From an uncultured Lentisphaeraceae bacterium (GTDB taxonomy: Bacteria; Verrucomicrobiota; Kiritimatiellia; RFP12; DVOR01): a stretch of 64,000 nt of DNA. Shown in pieces: positions 18,997 to 28,520 of the stretch. Location of the stretch: assembly GCA_937892925.1 (NCBI GenBank), contig CALBHX010000116.1:35748-99747 (forward strand), written 5' to 3'. The translations under genes and the position numbers were made by a program. The notes below the pieces were generated by a model that worked only from the letters and a program-made list of their open reading frames with translations, was not told the origin of the DNA and searched no databases. Each line of letters begins with the position of its first letter. Position 1 is the first letter of the stretch.

Positions 18997-19586
18997 GGCT
19001 GCCCTTCAGTATGGGCGGCGGCGTAACTCATGAGCCAATCGTGCACAACTCCGCGCGGCAGCCCCATGACGTTGGAATAGGAACCGATTCGCCCGGCAAT
19101 GAGCAGCTCGCCATGTGCGTGAATATCATAGGCGCCTGCACGGTCATAGGGGCGGACGCGGTCGAGGTAGTCTTGCACGGTGGCGGCGCCATAGTGGCGG
19201 AAACGGAGACTGGTGGCTTCAATGCGCAGCTCCGGTTCGAGCGCATCTGGCGGCAGAAAGGCCACGGCGGTATAGACTTGCTGACATTTCCCGGCATAGG
19301 AGAGAAGCCATTCCTGCGCTTGCTGTTCGGTGCTCGGTTTGCCAAGGACATATCCTTGAAACCAGACGACGGTGTCGGCGGCCAGAATCAGGGCGCGGGG
19401 ATGATGTGTTTGTACGGCTCGCGCTTTTCTTCTGGCATTGGTGCCTACGGTGGCCACGGGGTCATCCGGAAAGGCTACTTCTTGACATCTGGAGAGGTGA
19501 ACCTCGAAGGATAGACCGAGTGCGCGGAGAATGGCGGCGCGACGCGGCGAGGCGGAGGCTAAAATAAGCGGGGGAAGGTTAGACAT
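18993..19586 (-). CDS. maf: Maf-like nucleoside triphosphate pyrophosphatase
   Basis: LILASASPRR N-terminus and 197-aa size. 4-nt overlap with lysE. Confidence 0.85.
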   Translation of the reverse strand: MSNLPPLILASASPRRAAILRALGLSFEVHLSRCQEVAFPDDPVATVGTNARRKARAVQTHHPRALILAADTVVWFQGYVLGKPSTEQQAQEWLLSYAGKCQQVYTAVAFLPPDALEPELRIEATSLRFRHYGAATVQDYLDRVRPYDRAGAYDIHAHGELLIAGRIGSYSNVMGLPRGVVHDWLMSYAAAHTEGQP

Positions 19587-19604
19587 GGGCGGGCTTGGCG
19601 GGGT

Positions 19605-20783
19605 TTAACGCGGTAGAGAAGTGAGGGCATTGCCCATGCGTTCAAGCGCGGCAGAAAGGGTGGCAGTTTGCGTGGCGATGTTGATGCGCACCCACCCGGG
19701 CGCTCCAAAGATGGCGCCATCGTGCAGCGCTACGCCATGGCGCAGGAAGAAGTCGCGCGGCGTTTCGCCTTTCAGGTGCGGCATGAGCGCCCGGCAGTCC
19801 ATAAAGGCCAGATAGGTGGCTTCGAGGCGGCAGAGGGGGAGTTTCCATTGTGCGGCGGCTTGCTCTAGCAGGGTGCGGTTGCGGCGGAGATAGGCAAGGA
19901 GACCTAGGCGCCAGGGCTCGCCGTGGCGGTATGCAGCTTCCGCACCGACCCAGCCAAAGAGGTTGACGGCGGGGACGATCTGGTCGTAGGAGCGCAGGAA
20001 ATGTTCACGAAGGGCGGGGTTTGGAATGACGGCGAAGGCACATCCGAGCCCGGGGATATTGAAGGTTTTGCTAGGCGCAATAAAGGCCATCAGCCGGCTG
20101 CGTTCGCTGTCGTTTTTGGCCAATGAGAGCATGGGGTGATAACGATAGGGGGCGTCGAGTACAAGCCCTCCGTGAATTTCGTCATCGGCTATTAGGAGGT
20201 CGTATGTTTCGGCGCAGTCAATAACGCGCCGGAGTTCAGCTTCGCTCCACAGGTGGCCGAGAGGGTTTTCCGGGTTGCAGAAGAGCCAGCCACCGGCACC
20301 AGCAGCTGGGAGGGTAATTTCTGGGGGGAGCGGCGCGCCAAAGGGCGCCAACGGCACTTTCCGTTCGCGCAGGCCAACTTGGGTAACTGCGGACATGAAG
20401 TGATGATAGACCGGCTCGCCAACAAGTACATCGCTATGGTCTGGGCGAATATCGCGCAGCATTTTGCAGAAGAGATTAAGCGAGGTAACAACGCCGGGTT
20501 GAGGCACCACCCAGTCGGGGTCAATGTTCCATCCATAGAGCGCGTGATGATAGTCGATCATGGCCTGAATGGCGCGTTTGGAATCGGCAGCATAACCGAA
20601 GCAGCCCTCCTGTGCCCGGGCTGTGAGCGCCTGAATGAGTTCGTCAAAGGCGCGGAAGTCCATATCTGCAATCCACAACGGGATGACATCCGGGGGAAAT
20701 TGCGACCATTTGATGCTGTCGCTGTTCCGCCGAGGAAGGGGTGTGTCAAAGAAGTCAAAGTCGTAGATCATAACAATTCTCAA
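19605..20783 (-). CDS. PatB/MalY-type pyridoxal-phosphate C-S lyase (class I/II aminotransferase fold)
   Basis: About 390 aa with the SDSIKWSQ.....PLWIADMDF N-terminal block typical of MalY/PatB cystathionine beta-lyases. Confidence 0.7.
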   Translation of the reverse strand: MRIVMIYDFDFFDTPLPRRNSDSIKWSQFPPDVIPLWIADMDFRAFDELIQALTARAQEGCFGYAADSKRAIQAMIDYHHALYGWNIDPDWVVPQPGVVTSLNLFCKMLRDIRPDHSDVLVGEPVYHHFMSAVTQVGLRERKVPLAPFGAPLPPEITLPAAGAGGWLFCNPENPLGHLWSEAELRRVIDCAETYDLLIADDEIHGGLVLDAPYRYHPMLSLAKNDSERSRLMAFIAPSKTFNIPGLGCAFAVIPNPALREHFLRSYDQIVPAVNLFGWVGAEAAYRHGEPWRLGLLAYLRRNRTLLEQAAAQWKLPLCRLEATYLAFMDCRALMPHLKGETPRDFFLRHGVALHDGAIFGAPGWVRINIATQTATLSAALERMGNALTSLPR

Positions 20784-22129
20784 GTGGTGGGAAGTTGGGA
20801 GAGGCGCTTCATTTGTGCTGCAAAGTCGTTGCCGCGTGCCCCCATGCCCGTGTATTGATCAAAACTGGCAGCTCCTGGGGAGAGAAGAATCGTATCGCCA
20901 GGGGCAGCATCGGCAAAGGCTTGTGCCACGGCTGCGGACAGCGTGCCGCATGGTGTGCAGGGGAGCATATGTTGCCAAGCCTGGCGGAGGGGCTCTTGAG
21001 CTTCACCGATAAGATAGGCATGGAGCGCAAATTGGCGCAGGTCATCTTCCAAAAAATCAAGATCCTGCTCTTTGAGTCGGCCGCCGGCAATGAGGCGCAC
21101 ACGCCCGCCGACCATCCGAAGGGCGGCTTGGGTGGCCGCCAGGGACGTAGCCTTTGAGTCGTCGATGAAAGTGACGCCGCGCAGCGTGCCCAGAGTCTGG
21201 AAACGATGGGGAAGCGGTTGATAGGCAGCAAACCCGGCCGCGATGGCTTCCGGGGAGAGCCCACACGCGGTGAGCATGGCGGCAATCAGCGCTGCGGCGT
21301 TTCCAAGCACGGGATTATTGAATGTTCCGGAGACCGGGATATGTATTTCTCCATGAACAATGCCGCCGGGGACATACCGCCAATCTACCCAAGGTTCTGA
21401 GCCGAACCGCAACAGCTCAACACCCTGCGGGATACCCAGCGGTGAGAGCCCCCAGGGAAGGAAGGCTTTACATATGCCGGGGCGCTGTGCTTGAAACAGG
21501 CGCATTTTCAGCCGGCTGTAAACGTCCATGCTCTTGTGTCGATCCAGGTGGTCGGCCTGAATGTTAAGGACGGCGGCAAGACGGGGGGCGAAGGTGCGTG
21601 TATACTCCATTTGGAACGAGGAAACTTCTGTTACGGCGATAACGCCGCGCCCAGCTTCGGGGCAATCTAATACACGTTCACACAATGGCGTCCCAAAGTT
21701 TCCTGCAGTAACGGCTGAGTGGCCGGCCAATGTCAGCGTATCAGTTAGGCACTTGACAACAGAGCTTTTACCCTTGCTTCCCGTAATGGCCAGAAGATCT
21801 CCCTGCCAATAGATGGAGCCGAGTTCCAGTTCTGAGATGATGGCAAGGCCTCGGTCGCGCGCCGCAATGACCCAGGGGTGTTCCGGAGAGAGCGCGGGTG
21901 ATACGATGGCCAGGTCATAGGAGCCATCGGGCAAGTGATCCCGCCCGGCACGCAGGCAACTGATTCCATCGGCTCCAAATTCTGCCAGCCGTTCAGCCGT
22001 CCAGTTTTCATCGACTACAGAGGCTTGCCCTTGCTGAGCCAGAATCAGCCGAGCCGCGGCGTGTCCACTTCGCCCGGCTCCAAGAATCAATGCATTCCGG
22101 TGGTCATAACGTGCCATGATTGCCCCCAT
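20780..22129 (-). CDS. murD: UDP-N-acetylmuramoylalanine--D-glutamate ligase
   Basis: Mur ligase domains (ITGSKGKSS, DDSKATS). Overlaps patB by 4 nt. The true start may be ATG at 22117. Confidence 0.85.
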   Translation of the reverse strand: MGAIMARYDHRNALILGAGRSGHAAARLILAQQGQASVVDENWTAERLAEFGADGISCLRAGRDHLPDGSYDLAIVSPALSPEHPWVIAARDRGLAIISELELGSIYWQGDLLAITGSKGKSSVVKCLTDTLTLAGHSAVTAGNFGTPLCERVLDCPEAGRGVIAVTEVSSFQMEYTRTFAPRLAAVLNIQADHLDRHKSMDVYSRLKMRLFQAQRPGICKAFLPWGLSPLGIPQGVELLRFGSEPWVDWRYVPGGIVHGEIHIPVSGTFNNPVLGNAAALIAAMLTACGLSPEAIAAGFAAYQPLPHRFQTLGTLRGVTFIDDSKATSLAATQAALRMVGGRVRLIAGGRLKEQDLDFLEDDLRQFALHAYLIGEAQEPLRQAWQHMLPCTPCGTLSAAVAQAFADAAPGDTILLSPGAASFDQYTGMGARGNDFAAQMKRLSQLPTT

Positions 22130-25100
22130 CCTGCTGCATTTGCGTGGTTAAGCGTTTCAATTCTGCCCGGCTGGCATCATCGAGTTCCTGTACACGGGCC
22201 TGAACTTCGGCCAAAAGCGCACGAGCTTGTTCTAGCTTCCCCTGGTGGAAGTTCAGCAGGGCGCGAGTGAGTTGGAGCCGAGGATCTCTAGGTTGTCCTT
22301 TGCGGAGCTCTTTGGCCATGGCGTCGGCGGTGTTCAGTTCGTTCTCAGCTTCTGACAGGCGCCCCATGGCAATTAGAGCGGCGGCGGCGGTTTCATATGC
22401 TACGGAGAGGTTTGGGGCTAATCGATAGGCCTGACGTGCGGTTGCCAGTGCGGCATTCCAGTCTCCTTGCCGCCGATAAACTTCGGCCAAGTCGTTGAAA
22501 GCTTCCGGAAGTGGGTGCTCAATCTGTGGATCGGTGGCAGCTTTCAGATAACGAGCGGCTCGGCTGAGGTCATTGGTTTGGAGGGCAAGGGAACCCATGA
22601 CATAGTTGGAGAGAGGGTGTAACCGATCCTGATAAAGGAAATCGCGAGCGTGGCGTTCGGCGGATACGCGGTCGTTTAGGCGGATATCCAGCGACAGGAT
22701 TGTATCGCGTAAGGCTGCCACGTCTGGATTTAGTGCATGGGCACGAAGATAAGCCGCGCGGGCGTTGGCTAACCGTCCTTCCCGTTCAGCCAATTGTGCC
22801 CGGATGATTTGAACGCAATAATGGTCGTCGGTCCCGGCGGCAGCGGACAGCCGCTGCAGGGTAGATGTGCGGAGGGTTTGAAGATCGCCTGCTTCCAATT
22901 GAAGCGTTGCCAGCATGGCCAGTGCTTCCACATGTTTGGGCTCGGATTTCAGGCAACGCTTTAATGCCGCCTGCGCCTGGATGGTCTCACCCGCTGCGGC
23001 GTGGCATAACGCCCGGTCATAGGCCAAAGCTTCCTTGCCCCCCAGAGCTTCGGCCTGCTCCAACAGTTGGAAGGCTTCTTTATAATTCTTCTCCTGCAAT
23101 AATGCTCGGATGAGCGATCGAAGATAGGCCAGGCGTTGGGCGTCATCTTTCGCATGGTCAAGCAGCCGGCGGTAACGTGCAACGGCTTCCTGACGCTTCC
23201 CAGGCGTTACATTATAAAGTGCGGCAATGGCTCCCTGGAACGCTTCACGCGTGTTGTCGTCGAGCATGGCAAGCGTCAAATCAAGACCGCTTAATGCTGC
23301 ACCTGTCTGCCCGCTCATGGCCCACTGGCCGGCTAACGCACTGATCAACTGCGGCGAACGGATATAACCAAACGTTTGACTAAGTGTCCATAACTGATAC
23401 TTTTTGCCGCTCAGCCGTTTTAACAAGTTACGAATCTCTCCTTCACACCACCTTTTCTTCTCCGGATGAAGCCCGCCGTGGATAAGTTCCAGAAGATTAA
23501 ACAAGGCTGAAATATTTTCCGAATCATAGGCATATACGGCAGCGAATTGTTCCCAAGCCTGCTCCAACTGCCCGGCATCTGCCAGGAAAAAGGCAGTATT
23601 GTTTGCGACGAAGCTTATCTGCCGGCGCACTCGCTCGGCTAATAGGCGAAGCGGCGCAGCGGCTTCGTCCAACACGGCCTGCGGCGGCAATGCCGGGAAA
23701 TAAACTGGCGTTGAATGCGTGGTTATGGCCTTATGCAGATGCGTTCGGTCAATCGCTCCGCGGTACCACAACCGTTCCGGAAGCGGGTAGCGATTCCCCG
23801 TGAACCACAAATCCGGCAGGCCAATCGTTACAAATCGGCTTCCGGCTTCTGCATCCTGCCGAAGCCAATCCTGAATGAACGGCACCATGCCCAAATCGAG
23901 TGAACGAATCAATTGTTCTCGTAATTCCGGCTTTGCTGCGAAATAACCAGAGTTCATCAGTGCTTGGCGCAAGCGGATCATGGCATCCGGGCGATGATCT
24001 TGTGCCAGCGAGAAATGGATTACTGGTATTTGACGCTCACGAAGGCGCAAAGCCAGCAGAGCATCCAGCGAAGGTTCCCCGAGAAGCCAGGTCTCTCCTC
24101 CTTTTGCACAATCCAGGAAAGCATCGGCCACACGCTTAGGTAAAGCCGCGGCAGCCGTATCTGCCTGCCATGCACGGATACTTGCCCAGCTGCCGCCCAA
24201 CACCAGCATCAACAGCAATACCGGCACGGTTCCCCACGCCAGCCATTGCCCCAAACGCCGCACAGTCGGCGACTCTTCCGCCCCCTCGGCAGTTCGGTTC
24301 CCCAACGCCAGCAATACTCCGCCTCCTGCCGTAAGACCAGCTGCAAAGGCCAACATGGCCGCCCAAACTGCAGCATTCGCCATCGGCCACTGCTTGTCCA
24401 AAAGCACGTACGGCGAAACCGGTATTGGAAAGACCGCAAGGATGACCAGTAAAACGAGCGTTACGTAGGTAAAGAGCACTGCAGGCGACCGCCGATTATT
24501 CCCGATATCTCGTCCTAGCAGAAGTGCTAACACAAACGGCAATACACCAAAGAAACTGATGAGCAGCCAACTGCCTTGCTGGATCGAAAGTACGCCAGCC
24601 AGCCAATTCCGGGCAAATCCGCTCGCGGCAGCCCGCACAGTCTCTGCTCCGCCGGGAGCCATTCCCAATAGGACTGCTGCCGCAAATGTTCCTGTTACCC
24701 CAAGGCCAAAGGGGAACAACCACCGCCCGATAAGCGACTTGACTCCAAATCGTTCATCACTTCTCCAGGCAGAAATTCCCAGGACAAGCCAGGCTGCGAT
24801 AGCAAGCACACCGACTGTTGGAGCCTCCGGAAGGGTCAACCCAAGGAAAAAGGAGGCAGCCAGAACTCGGTTTGGCGAAAAAGACGCCAATGCCCGCAAG
24901 GTAAACAACCAGCTTCCGGCCATGAGGAAAAGATCCACACTCTGTGCCTGCACGTGTGTTCCAGCACGAAGAAAAGCCGGCGTGAGCAGCAGAGCAAATG
25001 CCGTCGTCAGCGAAGCCGCCCGCATGGCTGGCTCCAGTGCCGGCAGGGAGCGCGGATCCTGTGTAGCCGCCTTCAAAAACGTTCGTACCGCTGCGCATAA

Positions 25101-25367
25101 GAGCGCTACTGTGCATCCGCCCAGCATGACTGCCGCTAGATTTAGCCCGGCTACTGTCTGCCCCGGCGGAAGCCAACGCCCAATCCCGCCGAGCAATGCC
25201 ATCGCTAACGGGTGCTGTACGTGGCCGCTTGACCAGACGCCAAGCGTTTGCGCCAACCAGTCAGCATCCGCTCCCGGCCATACCCAGGGAGCTCGCAGGA
25301 TAAACAGAATGATGAACGGCAGGCTCCATGGAAGCAGTGAAAGAGCCCAGGCAAAAGCGCGTTTCAT
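22104..25367 (-). CDS. large polytopic membrane protein (about 450-aa multi-TM N-domain, DUF2723/PMT-like) fused to a C-terminal TPR array of about 600 aa
   Basis: Many hydrophobic segments in the first 450 aa, then a long series of TPR-like repeats (A..Y..A....G....A). Start assigned to ATG at 25367 (MKRAFAWALSLL); the ORF-track start at 25442 is an extension. Confidence 0.6.
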   Translation of the reverse strand: MKRAFAWALSLLPWSLPFIILFILRAPWVWPGADADWLAQTLGVWSSGHVQHPLAMALLGGIGRWLPPGQTVAGLNLAAVMLGGCTVALLCAAVRTFLKAATQDPRSLPALEPAMRAASLTTAFALLLTPAFLRAGTHVQAQSVDLFLMAGSWLFTLRALASFSPNRVLAASFFLGLTLPEAPTVGVLAIAAWLVLGISAWRSDERFGVKSLIGRWLFPFGLGVTGTFAAAVLLGMAPGGAETVRAAASGFARNWLAGVLSIQQGSWLLISFFGVLPFVLALLLGRDIGNNRRSPAVLFTYVTLVLLVILAVFPIPVSPYVLLDKQWPMANAAVWAAMLAFAAGLTAGGGVLLALGNRTAEGAEESPTVRRLGQWLAWGTVPVLLLMLVLGGSWASIRAWQADTAAAALPKRVADAFLDCAKGGETWLLGEPSLDALLALRLRERQIPVIHFSLAQDHRPDAMIRLRQALMNSGYFAAKPELREQLIRSLDLGMVPFIQDWLRQDAEAGSRFVTIGLPDLWFTGNRYPLPERLWYRGAIDRTHLHKAITTHSTPVYFPALPPQAVLDEAAAPLRLLAERVRRQISFVANNTAFFLADAGQLEQAWEQFAAVYAYDSENISALFNLLELIHGGLHPEKKRWCEGEIRNLLKRLSGKKYQLWTLSQTFGYIRSPQLISALAGQWAMSGQTGAALSGLDLTLAMLDDNTREAFQGAIAALYNVTPGKRQEAVARYRRLLDHAKDDAQRLAYLRSLIRALLQEKNYKEAFQLLEQAEALGGKEALAYDRALCHAAAGETIQAQAALKRCLKSEPKHVEALAMLATLQLEAGDLQTLRTSTLQRLSAAAGTDDHYCVQIIRAQLAEREGRLANARAAYLRAHALNPDVAALRDTILSLDIRLNDRVSAERHARDFLYQDRLHPLSNYVMGSLALQTNDLSRAARYLKAATDPQIEHPLPEAFNDLAEVYRRQGDWNAALATARQAYRLAPNLSVAYETAAAALIAMGRLSEAENELNTADAMAKELRKGQPRDPRLQLTRALLNFHQGKLEQARALLAEVQARVQELDDASRAELKRLTTQMQQDGGNHGTL

Positions 25368-25371
25368 GGCA

Positions 25372-26034
25372 TTACTCCGGTTGGTCGGCGGCGGGTATTT
25401 CAGGTTCGGGAGGCCGGTGCCAATCGCCCTCGCCGCAGGCAAAGTCTGTTTCTACAGCTCGAATGTCGTCATTGGTGTCGGGCAGGCCGTCCGGTCCGCA
25501 GGAAAAAAGCACCGGCGCTTCAAATGGAGAGGTGGGCATCCGATAAACGTAAGGGGTTCCCCACGGATCTTTATAGGCCCAATTGATATAAGGCCCCTTC
25601 CATCCCGGCACGTGGTAGTTTTTAGCCAGGGCAAAAAGCCCCAGCCGCTGCTGTGGCCAGGAGCCGGTATGTATGCGGAACAGCGCCATGGCTTTGGCCA
25701 CGGTGGCCACGCTTCGGCGTGCCCGAAGCTGGTTCAGCGGTGTGGTCTTCTGCAGGATGGTTTTTGACGGGTTGCGGATGGCCAGCGTCAGACCCGCCCC
25801 GACAAACAGGAGAAGCATCAGCAGTCCAACCACCGTTTTGGGGGACTTTAATACCGCTGCGTCCAGTCGCAACCCAAGCTGCAGCCGTTCCTCTTCAGCT
25901 TTACGGCGGATGGTTTCAATTTTACGCTTGGCTTCACGCCGTTCTTCGGCGCTCCGCCAGCGCACCCCACGGACGCTTCCTTCCTTTCGGACGAGGCGAA
26001 GGGGTTTGGGCGGTTTGGAGAGATGCACGGCCAT
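25372..26034 (-). CDS. bitopic membrane protein with C-terminal GspG-type pseudopilin domain but no prepilin leader
   Basis: The C-terminus (GPYINWAYKDPWGTPYVYRMP...SCGPDGLPDTNDDI) matches the T2SS GspG globular domain. The N-terminus is a 60-aa charged/coiled segment plus one TM (VVGLLMLLLFVGAGLTLAI). There is no G/FTLIE cleavage-methylation motif. ATG at 26034. Confidence 0.6.
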   Translation of the reverse strand: MAVHLSKPPKPLRLVRKEGSVRGVRWRSAEERREAKRKIETIRRKAEEERLQLGLRLDAAVLKSPKTVVGLLMLLLFVGAGLTLAIRNPSKTILQKTTPLNQLRARRSVATVAKAMALFRIHTGSWPQQRLGLFALAKNYHVPGWKGPYINWAYKDPWGTPYVYRMPTSPFEAPVLFSCGPDGLPDTNDDIRAVETDFACGEGDWHRPPEPEIPAADQPE

Positions 26035-26047
26035 GCGTTTTATTTCC

Positions 26048-27064
26048 TTAAAAAAGCATGTCCTGCTGTCCGGCAGGGCGGAGACCCAATCGTTCAAAGG
26101 TTTTAGGCAAGGCCACACGTCCTTTCGGCGTTCGATCAAGATAACCTTCCTGAATCAGGTAAGGTTCATAGACCTCCTCTACGGTGTCTGCCTCTTCTCC
26201 CACGGCTACGGCAATGGTGGCAACGCCTACGGGCCCTCCGCCGAACTTTCCTGCAATCGCTTCCAGAATCCGCAGATCCATCTCGTCCAACCCCTGCGGA
26301 TCAATCTCCAATAATGCGAGTGCGCGGTCGGCAATCTCAGCGGTGATGCGGTTGTCTGCGCGTACTTGCGCATAATCGCGTACACGCCGGAGCAGATTGT
26401 TCGCAATACGCGGGGTGCCGCGGCTGCGCATGGCAATTTCCAGCGCGCCCGCTTCATCAATTCCAACATTCAGTTTTCCTGCACTGCGCATGATGATGCG
26501 GGAGAGCTCTTCGTGAGAGTAGTAATCCAGCCGATTCTGTAGCCCGAAACGTGAACGCAGGGGCGCAGAAATCAAACCGCTGCGGGTCGTGGCGCCTACC
26601 AGGGTGAATCGGGGCAGCTCGAGGCGGACGCTCCGGGCATTGGGCCCTTGGTCAATCATGATATCGATGACGAAGTCTTCCATTGCCGAATACAGATATT
26701 CTTCAACGGTTCGCTGCATTCGATGGATTTCGTCAATAAATACAATGTCTCCTGGTTCCAAGGATGTTAAAAGCCCGGCCAGATCCGAGGGCTTGTCGAT
26801 AACCGGCCCGCTAGTGGCTTTTACATGCACGCCCATTGCCTCGCCAAGGATGTAGGCCAGCGTGGTCTTACCCAGCCCCGGAGGTCCAGAAAGCAGTACG
26901 TGATCCAGCTGCTCCCCGCGCCCCTGCGCTGCTTCAACGGCCAACATCAGGCGGTCACGCACTTTTTGCTGCCCCAGAAAGTCTGCAAACCGGGTTGGGC
27001 GTAGCCGGTTGTCAAACGAGGCGTTCCGTTGATTCATTTCTTCCGAAGGTCTGGGCGTTTCCAT
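26048..27064 (-). CDS. ruvB: Holliday junction branch-migration ATPase RuvB
   Basis: [11 protein letters not shown] Walker A, DEIHR motif, 338 aa. Confidence 0.95.
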   Translation of the reverse strand: METPRPSEEMNQRNASFDNRLRPTRFADFLGQQKVRDRLMLAVEAAQGRGEQLDHVLLSGPPGLGKTTLAYILGEAMGVHVKATSGPVIDKPSDLAGLLTSLEPGDIVFIDEIHRMQRTVEEYLYSAMEDFVIDIMIDQGPNARSVRLELPRFTLVGATTRSGLISAPLRSRFGLQNRLDYYSHEELSRIIMRSAGKLNVGIDEAGALEIAMRSRGTPRIANNLLRRVRDYAQVRADNRITAEIADRALALLEIDPQGLDEMDLRILEAIAGKFGGGPVGVATIAVAVGEEADTVEEVYEPYLIQEGYLDRTPKGRVALPKTFERLGLRPAGQQDMLF

Positions 27065-27345
27065 ACTCCTATATTATAGCGAAAAGGGTTTGCCCCGCAC
27101 GGGATTTTTACCGTGGTTTCTCACCGGGGCCCTGGGATTGTTTTATAGATCCGCCCCGGCTTCGAGGCGAGCCTGGGGCAGGTTGGCTCCGGATTCGGGG
27201 TGAGTCTATCTTTCCCTTGGGCGATGCGGTTTGGCGCTCTGCTCAGATTGTCAATGAGGGAAGAGGGGCTTTTGGGGAAGGAAAAAGAAAAGGGGAAGCC
27301 GGCTTTTCCCTCGCAAAGATGCACGAAATGGAAGCGGGAACGGTG

Positions 27346-28491
27346 TTATTTGCCGCGGATGTATTGGACGCGCAGGGGTGCGCGTAATCGGCGCAAGGTG
27401 GCTTCCTGAAGAGCTTCCCAGGCTTCAAAGGTGGCGGGCGCGGCTTTGCTCCATCCGGCGCCCCAGTAGTAGGTGAGGGGGGCGTTGGCTGATTGGGGGA
27501 ACGTGGCAATGAGATGATCCACGGCTCCAGCTCGTTTGGCCTCCTGCGGGGGAAGCGGAAGGTACATGGTTTCGGCGGCCGGGGTGGGGAAGAGGGCGCC
27601 GATGAAAAGCGTACCCTGACCTTTTCCGGGCGGGTCTGTGGGGTCGGCATAAGCCAGGCGGTTTGGGGTGCATCGACTGGCTCCGTGGTCATGCCGAACG
27701 ATGCCGACTACAGGCGTGAAGCCATGCCCCAGACCTTCGTAGGAAACGGTGGTGCGGTTGAAGGGCGTGTGGGCGTCAAGCGAGATGAGGCGGCGTTCAA
27801 TAATCTGTGTTCCGTTAAACGTGCGCGGAGGGTAAGTGAGGCGTACGGTAAAACGCAGAGGTCCATTGTCGAGGATGTCGCAGGCGGCGTACGCCCAGGG
27901 GTAGAGTAGGTGGCCGTCCTGGAGCAGACCGGTGGCGCCGGCGCCGAGCGTGGGGCCGACTTTGTAGCAGTCAAGGCCGTTTCCATGGTCTTTGTGGTAG
28001 GTAATGCCGCGCTTGAGCTCATCGTAGTAGCGCTTTTCTACAACGGGTTGGGTGGTGGCGCGCTTGCACCAGACATCATAGCCAAAGGCGCGTTCGCCAG
28101 ACTTCTGGAGCGCAGGGCCATAGGCGCGGAAGGCCACAAGGTCATTTTCCCAGGCCACATCGTCTACACGTTCTGGATAGACGCGGCCGCAGGCGATCGT
28201 GTTGTAGGAAAAGGGCATCTGGGTGGGGGTGAGAATATAGCGGGCTTCCCCGTTGGCCGGAAGGCTGACGGGGAAGAGGAGCTTGCCGTCGTAGGTACGC
28301 TGGCTGGGGAGTAATTCACCGGTTTCGGTATGGACGAGCCAATGTCCTTCGGGCACACCGGGCACCTCCACGATTTCTCGGCTGCGCGGTTCATTGAGCG
28401 GGTTTGCCACATGGACGGTGTGAGGCTGCACTTTGGCTGCGGCAAGGCAGGTGAAAAAGACGGAGAAAAGGAGTGTCAGAGAAGATTTCAT
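27346..28491 (-). CDS. secreted DUF4861-like protein (glycan-utilisation-associated family)
   Basis: Signal peptide (LLFSVFFTCLAAAKV). 381 aa. The family assignment is from recall of the overall sequence character and is tentative. Confidence 0.35.
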   Translation of the reverse strand: MKSSLTLLFSVFFTCLAAAKVQPHTVHVANPLNEPRSREIVEVPGVPEGHWLVHTETGELLPSQRTYDGKLLFPVSLPANGEARYILTPTQMPFSYNTIACGRVYPERVDDVAWENDLVAFRAYGPALQKSGERAFGYDVWCKRATTQPVVEKRYYDELKRGITYHKDHGNGLDCYKVGPTLGAGATGLLQDGHLLYPWAYAACDILDNGPLRFTVRLTYPPRTFNGTQIIERRLISLDAHTPFNRTTVSYEGLGHGFTPVVGIVRHDHGASRCTPNRLAYADPTDPPGKGQGTLFIGALFPTPAAETMYLPLPPQEAKRAGAVDHLIATFPQSANAPLTYYWGAGWSKAAPATFEAWEALQEATLRRLRAPLRVQYIRGK

Positions 28492-28520
28492 CGTATGTTT
28501 CCGAGTGGAGGCATGGCGGC

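Noticed and set aside
24559-25767. 402-aa plus-strand ORF, Arg/Ala/Pro-rich
   Set aside because: Lies entirely antisense to the large TPR membrane protein gene and the pseudopilin-like gene. Low-complexity translation typical of spurious ORFs in high-GC DNA.
27065-27345. Palindromic GGGAAGCCGGCTTTTCCC element downstream of the DUF4861 gene
   Set aside because: It could be a minus-strand terminator, but the stem is imperfect and the U-tract is ambiguous. Not confident enough to call.
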